Source of the DNA: an uncultured Bacteroides sp. | Lineage (GTDB): Bacteria; Bacteroidota; Bacteroidia; Bacteroidales; GCA-2748055 | Assembly (NCBI GenBank): GCA_964604655.1 | Contig: CAZRZY010000007.1 | Location: 7,204-71,203 of the forward strand | Direction: 5' to 3' | Length of the DNA: 64,000 nucleotides | In this document: in pieces, positions 37,361 through 45,843 of the stretch | Numbering within the stretch: position 1 is the stretch's first letter | Layout: every line of letters starts with the position of its first letter | The notes under the pieces: generated by a model | Told to the model about the DNA's origin: nothing | Seen by the model: the letters and a program-made list of their open reading frames with translations, nothing else | The model's database searches: none | Position numbers and translations under genes: made by a program

Positions 37361-37809
37361 GGGCCGTTGTCCAGAGGGTCAACAGGGCAAAGATCACCAT
37401 CAACGGAAAAATAGAGAAACAGATGGGGCCTGGTTTGGTTGTTTTACTGGGAATAGAAAGAGAAGACCGTGCACAGGACATTGAATGGCTATCGGGAAAG
37501 ATCGGCAGATTGAGGATTTTTGACGATGGGAACGGTGTGATGAACCTTCCGGTAACAGAACACGGCGGCCAGGTGATGATTGTAAGTCAGTTCACTCTTC
37601 TGGCAAGCACGAAGAAGGGTAACCGGCCCTCCTACACCAGAGCGGCACCTCCGGAAATCGCCATCCCTCTGTACCAGCAATTCATATTATCCATGGAAGC
37701 CGCATTAGGAAAAAAGGTGATCACCGGGGAGTTTGGGGCCTGCATGCAGATCGATCTGACCAATGATGGCCCGGTCACCATACAGATGGATACCAAAAAC
37801 AAAGAATGA
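37357..37809 (+). CDS. dtd: D-aminoacyl-tRNA deacylase
   Basis: It matches Dtd at MRAVVQRV..GPGLVVLLG..SQFTL..GNRPSY and is 150 aa. Confidence 0.95.
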   Translation: MRAVVQRVNRAKITINGKIEKQMGPGLVVLLGIEREDRAQDIEWLSGKIGRLRIFDDGNGVMNLPVTEHGGQVMIVSQFTLLASTKKGNRPSYTRAAPPEIAIPLYQQFILSMEAALGKKVITGEFGACMQIDLTNDGPVTIQMDTKNKE

Positions 37810-38138
37810 TGACGCTGAGAGAAGCACAGGAACAGGTAGATCAATGGATTCAACGGTATGGGGTCAGGTATTTCAATGAGCTTACCAATATGGCAATCCT
37901 GACCGAAGAGGTGGGTGAAGTTGCACGCATTATAGCCCGATCATACGGGGAACAATCCCGCAAAAAGAGTTCCGGAAATACCGGTGAGCTGGCCGATGAG
38001 CTGGCCGATGTACTCTTTGTATTGATCTGCCTGGCCAACCAGACAGGTACCGATCTGGAGAGCGCGTTCCTGAGGAATCTACAAAAAAAAACCGACCGGG
38101 ATTTTGACCGTCATCAACAAAATGATAAATTGAGGTAA
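37806..38138 (+). CDS. MazG-like nucleotide pyrophosphohydrolase
   Basis: The EExGE motifs are LTEEVGEVAR and ELADELADVLF. Confidence 0.85.
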   Translation: MMTLREAQEQVDQWIQRYGVRYFNELTNMAILTEEVGEVARIIARSYGEQSRKKSSGNTGELADELADVLFVLICLANQTGTDLESAFLRNLQKKTDRDFDRHQQNDKLR

Positions 38139-38156
38139 TTAAGCCATCCTCAATCA

Positions 38157-39029
38157 ATGAAAATACTGGAGGACTTCAGCCTGGTGGTCGAAGCCGGGTC
38201 AGTGGAACGGGAACTTGCAAGGATCAGGGAGACCGTACCTGCCAATCCTGATAAGGATCTTCTTAAAAAGATCTTCAGTCTGATCGACCTCACCACCCTG
38301 AGTGAACGGGATAACATCCTTTCCATTTACCAGTTGTGCGAAAAGGTCAATATGCTTCCTGAGGCCTATCCCTCCCTGCCCGCTTTCGCCGCCCTTTGCG
38401 TCTACCCTGAGCTGGTGGGTGTGGTCAAGGAAAAGCTGGAGAATGCACTGATCAGCATAGGTTCGGTAGGCGGAGGGTTCCCGGCCTCGCAGACCTTTAC
38501 CAATATTAAGGTCATGGAGATTGAACAAGCCATCGGAATGGGTGCCGAGGAAATCGATTTGGTTTTTCCCATAGGAAAGTTCCTGATGGAAGATTATGAG
38601 TATGTGGTTTACGAGATCGAAGTCATCAGGGAGCGGATCGGAAATGTTCCTCTGAAGGTCATCCTTGAAACGGGCAGCCTCATGGATTGGTCCCTGATAC
38701 GGAAGGCCTCGCTGCTGGTCATTGATGCCGGTGCGGATTTTATCAAGACCTCCACAGGTAAAATCTCACGCGGAGCAACCCCGGAAGCCATGATCATCAT
38801 GTGTGAGACCGTTCGGGATTACTACAGAAAGACCGGCAAAAGGATCGGAGTGAAAGCTGCGGGTGGTATTTCCACCGTATCCGATTCGCTTTTATATTTC
38901 ACCATCGTCAGAGAGATTCTGGGGAAAGAGTGGTTGAATGCTGAAGGGTTCAGAATCGGTGCAAGCAGGCTGGCTGATGGTGTAATGGCCGAAATTTTTG
39001 ACAAAGGGCCCGATTTTGGTTATTTCTGA
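38157..39029 (+). CDS. deoC: Deoxyribose-phosphate aldolase (long form)
   Basis: It carries IDLTTL, EIDLVFPIG, KVILETG and the Schiff-base region FIKTSTGK. Confidence 0.88.
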   Translation: MKILEDFSLVVEAGSVERELARIRETVPANPDKDLLKKIFSLIDLTTLSERDNILSIYQLCEKVNMLPEAYPSLPAFAALCVYPELVGVVKEKLENALISIGSVGGGFPASQTFTNIKVMEIEQAIGMGAEEIDLVFPIGKFLMEDYEYVVYEIEVIRERIGNVPLKVILETGSLMDWSLIRKASLLVIDAGADFIKTSTGKISRGATPEAMIIMCETVRDYYRKTGKRIGVKAAGGISTVSDSLLYFTIVREILGKEWLNAEGFRIGASRLADGVMAEIFDKGPDFGYF

Positions 39030-39097
39030 TTATGCCGGGTCCGATTATTAGCTTATATTTGTATAACAAGATTGACGTTCTTATTCTTCAAAAAAAT

Positions 39098-39182
39098 AGC
39101 GGTTCGATACTACATTCCATTCTCATAGAGACGGGTTGAATTCCATGGCTTTTTTTCTTCAATATCGGACCGCTTTTTTTTA
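39098..39182. terminator. Candidate bidirectional terminator between convergent genes
   Basis: A 12-bp stem pairs agcggttcgata (39098-39109) with tatcggaccgct (39163-39174), with one G-U pair. It is flanked by an A-run upstream and a T-run downstream. The 53-nt loop weakens the call. Confidence 0.4.
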
Positions 39183-41435
39183 TTTTATCAAACGGTAGTG
39201 CAGATAATCCAGCATCAGGGGTATATCCTGCTCATTGATCCCGTTTCGCACCAGTAAAGGCTTATCCTCTGCTATCGTTTTCAGGAAATCTTCCATTTCA
39301 AATTCCAGGTCCCTGAGTGACTGAATGTATAATTCGATCGCCTCTTTTTTCTTCCCCAGGGCCCACTGCACATGGCCGTAATTGATGTAATCGTAGTATC
39401 CTGGTTTCCCTTCAAACACTTTGGAAAAGTAACGTTCCGACTTTTCCAGATCACTCAGCGCGAAGTAGCACCAGGCGATCGGACGCAGAATATGGGTACT
39501 ACCCGGATCCATATATTCGATCTTGAAATAGTGCTTTAACGCAGTTTCATATTCCCCCAGTTTCATATGGCAATAACCGATCAGCGATTCAATAGTCTGA
39601 TCATCAGGCTGCTGTGTGGCAGCCTTTTCGTAGACCTCCAGTGCCGGGGAATAATTGTCCAGCTTACGGTAACAGATCCCCAGATTTTTCAGGGTCCAAA
39701 GGCTTGGATCCCCGTATAAGGAGATCCGGTTGTATGTCTCGACTGCTTTCCTGAACTGACCCAGTTTCTGGTGACAGTAACCCGCCTTCTCCAGCAGTTC
39801 GCGGTTTCCGGGCTGATCCTCCAGCAACCTGGTGAATATGTCCAGCGCCTCTTCGTAATGATTCCGTTCGAAAAGATACTCGGCGATGTTACGTATGATC
39901 GAATCCTCCTCGATTACCTCCCTGAAGAACCAGGAGTTGTAGAGATCCAGTTTACCGCCAAATACATCCTCAAACTCATTCTTAAACGGAGAGATCTTGA
40001 AAAATCGGTAAAGGTCCTGGATATATTGGATGAAAACCGTGCGCGTCACAAAGTCACCCGAAGTGATACGATCATCGGAGATCATCTCCTGCATCCCCTC
40101 CATCTCCATCAGGAAAGCGTTCGAAAGCATCTTTTTCTGCTCCGCAGGAAGGAACTTCAGATTGAAAATAAAGCTGTATTTATCACTGTTGCAGAGAAAT
40201 GGGGTTTTCTTCAGTCCGTCGATAAAGATCTCCGGATCGAATTCTTCATTTCCGGAGGCATAGATTTCCGACAGCTGTGGATTCTCCTTGTAGAACGGGA
40301 CCAGCCAGTTGGTCAGTTCGTTAAAAAACGGGAATTGCTTCAGGTGCGCGAAGGTGGTCATGTACACGTCGGCTCCCTCCATCTGAAGCTTCATGAACTC
40401 ATCCACCTTCCTGTATAGCTCATCCGACTCACTGAAAACCGATTCCCAATCGGGATTTCTCCCCTCTTCCAGCAGCTCTTCGCGAATATCGTCCATCTTC
40501 AGCTTATCTTCCAGCTTAGGCTTCAACTTGGCCATTTCCGGCATCAGGTCCTCCTGCAGTTTTCTGCCGATCTCCAGAGTATCCCTGGTACGGATCATCT
40601 GCAGAGCGATCTTTTCCAGGCTCTTCTCCAGTTTCAGTTCATCCTTTAACAGCTTCAGCCGGTGTATGATGTTGGGATAGAATTCGATCCGGTCGTCATA
40701 CCTGAATAAAAGGATCGACAGAGCCACCAGTGCCCTGGCCGACACTTCCTGCTCCTCCTCCTCCGCAAAATCGATCAGACGCTGCACCTTCTGCTCATCC
40801 CAAAAACGAAGCCCAGACAGGAGGATCCCGCCGATGTAAAGGGACTTTTCATACCACAGGAAATCTTTGCATGAAAGTATAGCGCCGGACAGGCTGTTTT
40901 CGGCTTCGTTGTAAATATTGCTGAGCCAGAGGTGGCGAAAGATCTCCATGGAGAGATGTTGCCTGCGTTCCTCGTCCGCACCGGGAGTGGCCTGCTCCTC
41001 GTCGATCATTTCATCCAGTTCCCTTTTAAAGGAAAGATCATCCAGTGTCTCAATCACCTTTTTCCCTGTCAGTTCCTGCTGACGGTCCAGCTCCCGTTTC
41101 AGAATATAGGTGTGCCATCCCGAGTGCTTTTCCATCAACTGGTCCTTTACTCTGTCGGCCAGCTCCAGAATGGAGGTCAGCAATTTGTGATATACCTTAT
41201 CCCGTTCCGGGTCCTGAACTCCTTCCAGCATGTAATTCAGCATCTGCTCGTAGGTGTTCGCCAGGTGTTCCTGCTGGATAAAGAAATCACTGAATCCGGA
41301 TTCACCCACCAGGTCGTTAAGAAGGTCATGAGCATCTTTCACCCTCCTGAGAGACACCAGCCGGCATATTCGCTGATACTTTGTATGGATGCGCTGTACA
41401 TTGATCATGAAATCAGATTTTGCTTCATGGTCCAA
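39180..41435 (-). CDS. Tetratricopeptide-repeat protein (751 aa)
   Basis: The C-terminal third holds several TPR units (ALDIFTRLLEDQPGN.., ALEVYEKAATQQPDD.., ALKHYFKIEYMDPGS..). The N-terminal 450 aa have no feature I recognise. Confidence 0.85.
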   Translation of the reverse strand: MDHEAKSDFMINVQRIHTKYQRICRLVSLRRVKDAHDLLNDLVGESGFSDFFIQQEHLANTYEQMLNYMLEGVQDPERDKVYHKLLTSILELADRVKDQLMEKHSGWHTYILKRELDRQQELTGKKVIETLDDLSFKRELDEMIDEEQATPGADEERRQHLSMEIFRHLWLSNIYNEAENSLSGAILSCKDFLWYEKSLYIGGILLSGLRFWDEQKVQRLIDFAEEEEQEVSARALVALSILLFRYDDRIEFYPNIIHRLKLLKDELKLEKSLEKIALQMIRTRDTLEIGRKLQEDLMPEMAKLKPKLEDKLKMDDIREELLEEGRNPDWESVFSESDELYRKVDEFMKLQMEGADVYMTTFAHLKQFPFFNELTNWLVPFYKENPQLSEIYASGNEEFDPEIFIDGLKKTPFLCNSDKYSFIFNLKFLPAEQKKMLSNAFLMEMEGMQEMISDDRITSGDFVTRTVFIQYIQDLYRFFKISPFKNEFEDVFGGKLDLYNSWFFREVIEEDSIIRNIAEYLFERNHYEEALDIFTRLLEDQPGNRELLEKAGYCHQKLGQFRKAVETYNRISLYGDPSLWTLKNLGICYRKLDNYSPALEVYEKAATQQPDDQTIESLIGYCHMKLGEYETALKHYFKIEYMDPGSTHILRPIAWCYFALSDLEKSERYFSKVFEGKPGYYDYINYGHVQWALGKKKEAIELYIQSLRDLEFEMEDFLKTIAEDKPLLVRNGINEQDIPLMLDYLHYRLIK

Positions 41436-41477
41436 ATATCAAGCCATGAGCAGGTATCGGACAGAATGTCAGTTACA

Positions 41478-41618
41478 TCAATAGGTCAATTCGTGGTATC
41501 CCGATTTCAGGTATTTGGTCAGGGGTGATCCCATTCCCTCCGCTTCGATCCCGATCGCTTTCAGTTTATCGGTAACCTCCGGGAGAGGTGATTGACGGAC
41601 CGGTGCCGGCAGGATCAA
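41478..41618 (-). CDS. Candidate unannotated small ORF (46 aa, TTG start)
   Basis: My own translation gives (L)ILPAPVRQSPLPEVTDKLKAIGIEAEGMGSPLTKYLKSGYHELTY*. It is in frame with the upstream DUF4395 gene, one codon past its TAA stop. It has no ATG start. Confidence 0.3.
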   Translation of the reverse strand: MILPAPVRQSPLPEVTDKLKAIGIEAEGMGSPLTKYLKSGYHELTY

Positions 41619-41621
41619 TAA

Positions 41622-42074
41622 TTATCTCTTCCTCACCAGCGGATAGACCACATAGGTATACACCCAGCAACCGGCGCAGAAGTTCACGCCGCATTCCAGG
41701 AAGGCGAACAGCACCAGGGTCGAACCGGCTATGTAAGCAGTAACCGGCAGGCTCAGCCAGGAGGCCGCCAGTGTAAGCAGGGAGAAAAATAATCCCACTC
41801 TTGCCGCAAACATTTTAGGTGCTTTGTCGATCCCCACGGGCTGCATGCCAAAGGCTCTGACAAAAAGATGGCTGAGCCAGCTCATTGGACTGTATTTCAG
41901 TTTTGTGAATGCCCTGATATAAAAATCGACTACCAGGAAGGCCGGAAAATACCATGTTCCCGTGATTAAAAAAGATCCCATGGTAATGACCACCAGCATG
42001 GCAGTTACCCGAACCCTGTTTTCATCCACTCTTTCCGGGGACACCGGACATATCAGTTGATTGAATTTGCTCAT
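41622..42074 (-). CDS. DUF4395-like membrane protein
   Basis: The N-terminus is ICPVSPERVDENRVRVTA, followed by four predicted TM helices. It is 150 aa. Confidence 0.72.
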   Translation of the reverse strand: MSKFNQLICPVSPERVDENRVRVTAMLVVITMGSFLITGTWYFPAFLVVDFYIRAFTKLKYSPMSWLSHLFVRAFGMQPVGIDKAPKMFAARVGLFFSLLTLAASWLSLPVTAYIAGSTLVLFAFLECGVNFCAGCWVYTYVVYPLVRKR

Positions 42075-42231
42075 CTCTTATCCCAATGATGTTTTTCTAC
42101 AGCTCAGACGTACGAGGATTCATTTCCTTACAACGGGCAAAAATAAGTAGGTCCCAAAAAGGCTGGTCAGAAAACTGTTTCTTTATGACATATTCAACAA
42201 CTGGAGACCCAAAGGGTTCGAAGCCCGGCTG

Positions 42232-42660
42232 CTAATATGGTTTGAAGATCCGGTGGGTGTTCTGATGATCCACCCGGATAAAATAGGTGCCCTGAGGAAT
42301 AGTACACAGATCGATCTGCTTCTCTTTGGAGTAGATGGCAGCACTGTAGAGGATCTTCCCATACACATTGAGCAAACAGTACCGGAAGGCGGGCATCGGG
42401 GTGTCCACCACCAGAAGTTCCCCTTCCGGACGGCTCTTGACCTTCATGCTAAAATCTATCTCGTTCTTCTTCAGCAGACAGATGACCTCCAGGTTTCCCG
42501 CCTCCATGGCAGGCATATCCCCCTTTTCAGGTCCGGGGAGCCGTTCATAGGCATCATCCACCAGAGTCAGTCCGGAGGCTTGCAAGTCAGGATCATTCTC
42601 CTGGGCGAGGGTCAGTGCAGGAATGGCCAGAAAGATAAGTAGTAATCGATACATATCCAT
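42232..42660 (-). CDS. Small secreted protein with a T9SS-type C-terminal domain
   Basis: It has a signal peptide (LLLIFLAIPALTLAQ). The C-terminus reads LLNVYGKILYSAAI..IDLCTIPQGTYFIRV. Confidence 0.6.
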   Translation of the reverse strand: MDMYRLLLIFLAIPALTLAQENDPDLQASGLTLVDDAYERLPGPEKGDMPAMEAGNLEVICLLKKNEIDFSMKVKSRPEGELLVVDTPMPAFRYCLLNVYGKILYSAAIYSKEKQIDLCTIPQGTYFIRVDHQNTHRIFKPY

Positions 42661-42724
42661 TGGGGCATTGATTAAATAAGTTACATCAATACACCTTTCG
42701 ATTACAACAATGTTATGAACAACC

Positions 42725-42732
42725 TATATTTG
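42725..42732 (+). promoter_or_regulatory. Bacteroidota-type -7 box (TAnnTTTG)
   Basis: TATATTTG ends 6 nt before ATG 42739, which implies a leaderless or near-leaderless mRNA. Confidence 0.4.
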
Positions 42733-42738
42733 TAGCAT

Positions 42739-43428
42739 ATGGAAGCCATCCAGATGACACTTGACCATTGTTCGATTCAAGCGAATCCCTCCGATATTCT
42801 CTCTTTAACGGGAGGGGATGATCCGGCAACGGTGGATTATTCTGATCAATTGCTGGAAGAGCTGATCGCACGGTCCCGGCTGGCTATCGATCCCCGGGGT
42901 GCCTGGATCCGCCTGAAAGGCAATGGACCCCCGGAAGGGGATGAGGTGCTTTTACAGGACATACGCTTTCAAACGGGAAGGATTGTGACCCGTATGTTGA
43001 AGGGATCGTCCGAATATGCACTCTTCGCCGTTACCATCGGAGCAGGCCCTGAGAACCTGGCCCGGAAACTGATGGAAGAGGGAAATTACCTGGAAGGATA
43101 CCTGGTGGACCTTATCGGTTCGGCCCTGGTGGAGTCCGCTACCGAACAGGTCCACGAACAAATCCGGGAGTCAGCTTCCAAAGAGGGGCTGAGAGTGACC
43201 AACCGATACAGTCCCGGATACTGCGGATGGGAGGTATCCGAGCAGCAAAAATTGTTTAGCCTGCTACCGGATAATCTTTGCGGCATCCAACTTTCCGATT
43301 CCTCACTCATGTCCCCCATTAAATCGGTCAGCGGATTGGTCGGTATGGGACCATCGGTCGCTTTCAGGGATTACACCTGTGAATTGTGTTCCATGACGCA
43401 CTGTGCCTTCCGGAGAGTCAGGGAGTAA
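42739..43428 (+). CDS. Stand-alone protein resembling the methionine-synthase (MetH) activation domain
   Basis: The region YSPGYCGWEVSEQQKLFSLLP..GIQLSDSSLMSPIKSVSGLVGMG matches the Met_synt_B12 family as I remember it. Confidence 0.7.
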   Translation: MEAIQMTLDHCSIQANPSDILSLTGGDDPATVDYSDQLLEELIARSRLAIDPRGAWIRLKGNGPPEGDEVLLQDIRFQTGRIVTRMLKGSSEYALFAVTIGAGPENLARKLMEEGNYLEGYLVDLIGSALVESATEQVHEQIRESASKEGLRVTNRYSPGYCGWEVSEQQKLFSLLPDNLCGIQLSDSSLMSPIKSVSGLVGMGPSVAFRDYTCELCSMTHCAFRRVRE

Positions 43429-43447
43429 GCGCACGCTCAGTGGCCTC

Positions 43448-43561
43448 TTATTCGAACTTCGGATCAAACCGGAGGTGTAAAGTACCGTTATTAGCTGCCG
43501 AAGCATATGCCTGGCTAAAAATGACTCCTTCATCGGCCAGACGATCCAGGTTCGGGGTTTC
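43448..43561 (-). pseudogene. Remnant of a second sulfatase gene
   Basis: My own translation gives ETPNLDRLADEGVIFSQAYASAANNGTLHLRFDPKFE*. It aligns with ETPHLDQLAKQGIRFTRHYAGSTVCAPSR of the intact neighbour and diverges just before the CxPxR site. There is no N-terminus or start codon. Confidence 0.5.
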
Positions 43562-45008
43562 ATTCTCCGGAATAGGTTGTTGCACCGAATCTGAAAATAT
43601 CGGAAGGTATCCTGGCCTCATCCATCAGCCGGCTGAAAGTCTCCACAAGTTCAGGCTCATCTGGAGCGATATTCGCCGATTCGGACGGATCATCTTCCAA
43701 CCGGTAAAGTTCCAGCGGTCCATCCGGGTCCTCCCCGACCCCAAGCCTGATTGCCTTGTAACCATCTTTCAGGATGGCCTGCTTGCCTCCGTGTTCATGG
43801 AATTCCCAGTAGAGGTATTCGTGCGTTGATTGGCGATCGCCCATCAGTTCCGGCAGAAAAGAGATCCCGTCTGCAGGAAAGGGCTTTCCGCCTGACAGTT
43901 CCACCAGTGTAGGCGCTACATCCCAGAAAGCCGAGATATGATTGCTGACTCTGCCTCCTTCGATGGTACCCGGCCACCAGACGATCATCGGCACCCTTAT
44001 CCCTCCTTCGTACAGGTCTCTTTTGATTCCCCTCAGACCACCGCTGCTTTCAAAGTAAGCGGGATCGGCACCCCCCTCCCGGTGGGGACCGTTATCGCTG
44101 ACGAATATCACCAGAGTCTTTTCTTCCAGGCCAAGCTCTTTCAGGGTTCCGATGATCTCCCCCACATACCGGTCCAGTCTCATGATCATGGCAGCGAAAG
44201 TGGCGCGAGGATGCTCCTGGCTACAGTACATCCCGATCTTCATCTCGGGGCCGTAGTCGGCTCCAGGCCTTCCCTGGTATGGTGTTTCGGGGTATGCTCC
44301 CATGACCGATTGCAGGATCCTGTCATCCGGCACAATTAACTCTGCATGGGGAATGACCATGGGAATGTATGCGAAAAACGCAGTATCCCGGTTTTTCCTG
44401 ATAAACTCCAGGGTCTTTTCCTGGATCACGTCCGGAGCATAAGTAACCGTCGTTGTCCAGTCATTTCCCTCCAGAAAATATTTTTCCCGGTCGCTCCAAA
44501 GATATGCCGGATAATACCGGTGGGCGTACCGCTGACAGTTGTATCCGAAAAAGCGGTCAAATCCCTGGTTCACCGGATCCCCCTCTGAACCTGGAAATCC
44601 CAGACCCCATTTTCCGAAGGCCCCGGTGACATAGCCCTGATCCTTCATCCTTTCCGGGAGCAGAACCACCTCTGAAGGAAGGGGGAGCTGACCTTCGGGC
44701 TGCACCTCCTGGTTTCCCCGCACAGGGGTATGGCCCGTATGAAGCCCGGTCATGAGAACCGATCTGGATGGGGCGCATACCGTGCTTCCCGCATAGTGGC
44801 GGGTAAACCGGATCCCCTGTTTGGCCAGCTGGTCCAGGTGAGGTGTCTCAAACTTCTCCTGTCCATAGCATCCAAGGTCTCCGTATCCCAGATCATCGGC
44901 CAGAATGTAAATGATATTGGGCGGAGCCGTTTTCTCTTCGGAGGTTCCGCCACAACTGATCAGACTCAGCCATAGCAGTCCAGGCGCAATCAAGTTAAAA
45001 TGTTTCAT
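43560..45008 (-). CDS. Arylsulfatase-family sulfatase (lipoprotein)
   Basis: The lipobox is LISCGG. It carries NIIYILADDLGYGDLGCYG and the formylglycine motif CAPSRSVLMTG. I prefer ATG 45008. Confidence 0.92.
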   Translation of the reverse strand: MKHFNLIAPGLLWLSLISCGGTSEEKTAPPNIIYILADDLGYGDLGCYGQEKFETPHLDQLAKQGIRFTRHYAGSTVCAPSRSVLMTGLHTGHTPVRGNQEVQPEGQLPLPSEVVLLPERMKDQGYVTGAFGKWGLGFPGSEGDPVNQGFDRFFGYNCQRYAHRYYPAYLWSDREKYFLEGNDWTTTVTYAPDVIQEKTLEFIRKNRDTAFFAYIPMVIPHAELIVPDDRILQSVMGAYPETPYQGRPGADYGPEMKIGMYCSQEHPRATFAAMIMRLDRYVGEIIGTLKELGLEEKTLVIFVSDNGPHREGGADPAYFESSGGLRGIKRDLYEGGIRVPMIVWWPGTIEGGRVSNHISAFWDVAPTLVELSGGKPFPADGISFLPELMGDRQSTHEYLYWEFHEHGGKQAILKDGYKAIRLGVGEDPDGPLELYRLEDDPSESANIAPDEPELVETFSRLMDEARIPSDIFRFGATTYSGE

Positions 45009-45138
45009 GGGTGGAAATTTCGATAGTGTGTTGATTAAAACGTCCTCAACGATCAAGATACGAATTTATCAGCACCTCCGAAACCTGGTCCCATAGCACA
45101 AATCTCCGATTGAATTGTTAGGTATGACTCATAACCAT

Positions 45139-45146
45139 TACTTTTG
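45139..45146 (+). promoter_or_regulatory. Bacteroidota-type -7 box (TAnnTTTG)
   Basis: TACTTTTG lies 23 nt upstream of ATG 45169. Confidence 0.4.
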
Positions 45147-45168
45147 CAGCGCATAGAAAAAAATTGTG

Positions 45169-45840
45169 ATGAAAACTCCAGTTGAAGAAGCAATATTTTT
45201 AACCGAAAAGATCAGGCACCTGACCGAAACCACCTATGCTTTAAGATTCTCCAGAAACGAGATGAAATTCAATCCGGGACAGCACCTGTTGCTGGGCCTT
45301 CCCGCATCGAAGGAGCTCAGGGAATACTCCATATACAGCGGTATACACCACGACTACCTGGAAGTATTGATCAAGGAAGTGGACGATGGTCTGGTCAGCA
45401 AGCAGCTGAAGAGTATCCGGCCCGGTGATGAACTGACTGTTAAGGGACCCCAAGGATTCTTCATGGCCAACGCCCTTCCGAAGAGTGAAGCCAATGAAAA
45501 AAAATTCATGTTTATCTCCAGCGGCACCGGAATCGCTCCGTTTCACAGCTATGTTCAGTCATTCCCTGATTCAGATTACCAGCTGATCCACGGTGTCCGG
45601 ACCAGCGGGGAAGCCTATGATTCGAAGGACTACCCGAGGGAACGATTGACCGTTTGCACTTCCAGGGATGAAACAGGCAATTTCCCCGGAAGGCTTACCG
45701 ATTACCTGGTGGATGCGGACCTGGACCCGGAACGAATGGTTTTCCTCTGCGGAAACAGCCGTATGATATATGATGCTATGGATATTCTGAGGGCCCGGGG
45801 TATTTCTCAGAATCAGATCTACACCGAGGTCTATTTCTGA
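45169..45840 (+). CDS. Ferredoxin/flavodoxin-NAD(P)+ reductase-like flavoprotein
   Basis: The FAD motif is REYSIYS, the NAD(P) motif is SSGTGIAPF, and the sequence includes CGNSRM and ends ..YTEVYF. Confidence 0.85.
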   Translation: MKTPVEEAIFLTEKIRHLTETTYALRFSRNEMKFNPGQHLLLGLPASKELREYSIYSGIHHDYLEVLIKEVDDGLVSKQLKSIRPGDELTVKGPQGFFMANALPKSEANEKKFMFISSGTGIAPFHSYVQSFPDSDYQLIHGVRTSGEAYDSKDYPRERLTVCTSRDETGNFPGRLTDYLVDADLDPERMVFLCGNSRMIYDAMDILRARGISQNQIYTEVYF

Positions 45841-45843
45841 TCT

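Noticed and set aside
40932-41528. A 198-aa plus-strand ORF spanning the start of the TPR gene and the upstream spacer.
   Set aside because: It is antisense to a well-supported TPR CDS, has no recognisable motif, and looks like a typical shadow frame.
43303-43829. ORF-track entries 43303-43563 (minus strand) and 43386-43829 (plus strand) around the sulfatase 3' end.
   Set aside because: Neither frame gives a protein-like sequence. The only meaningful reading of the spacer is the sulfatase remnant in a different frame.
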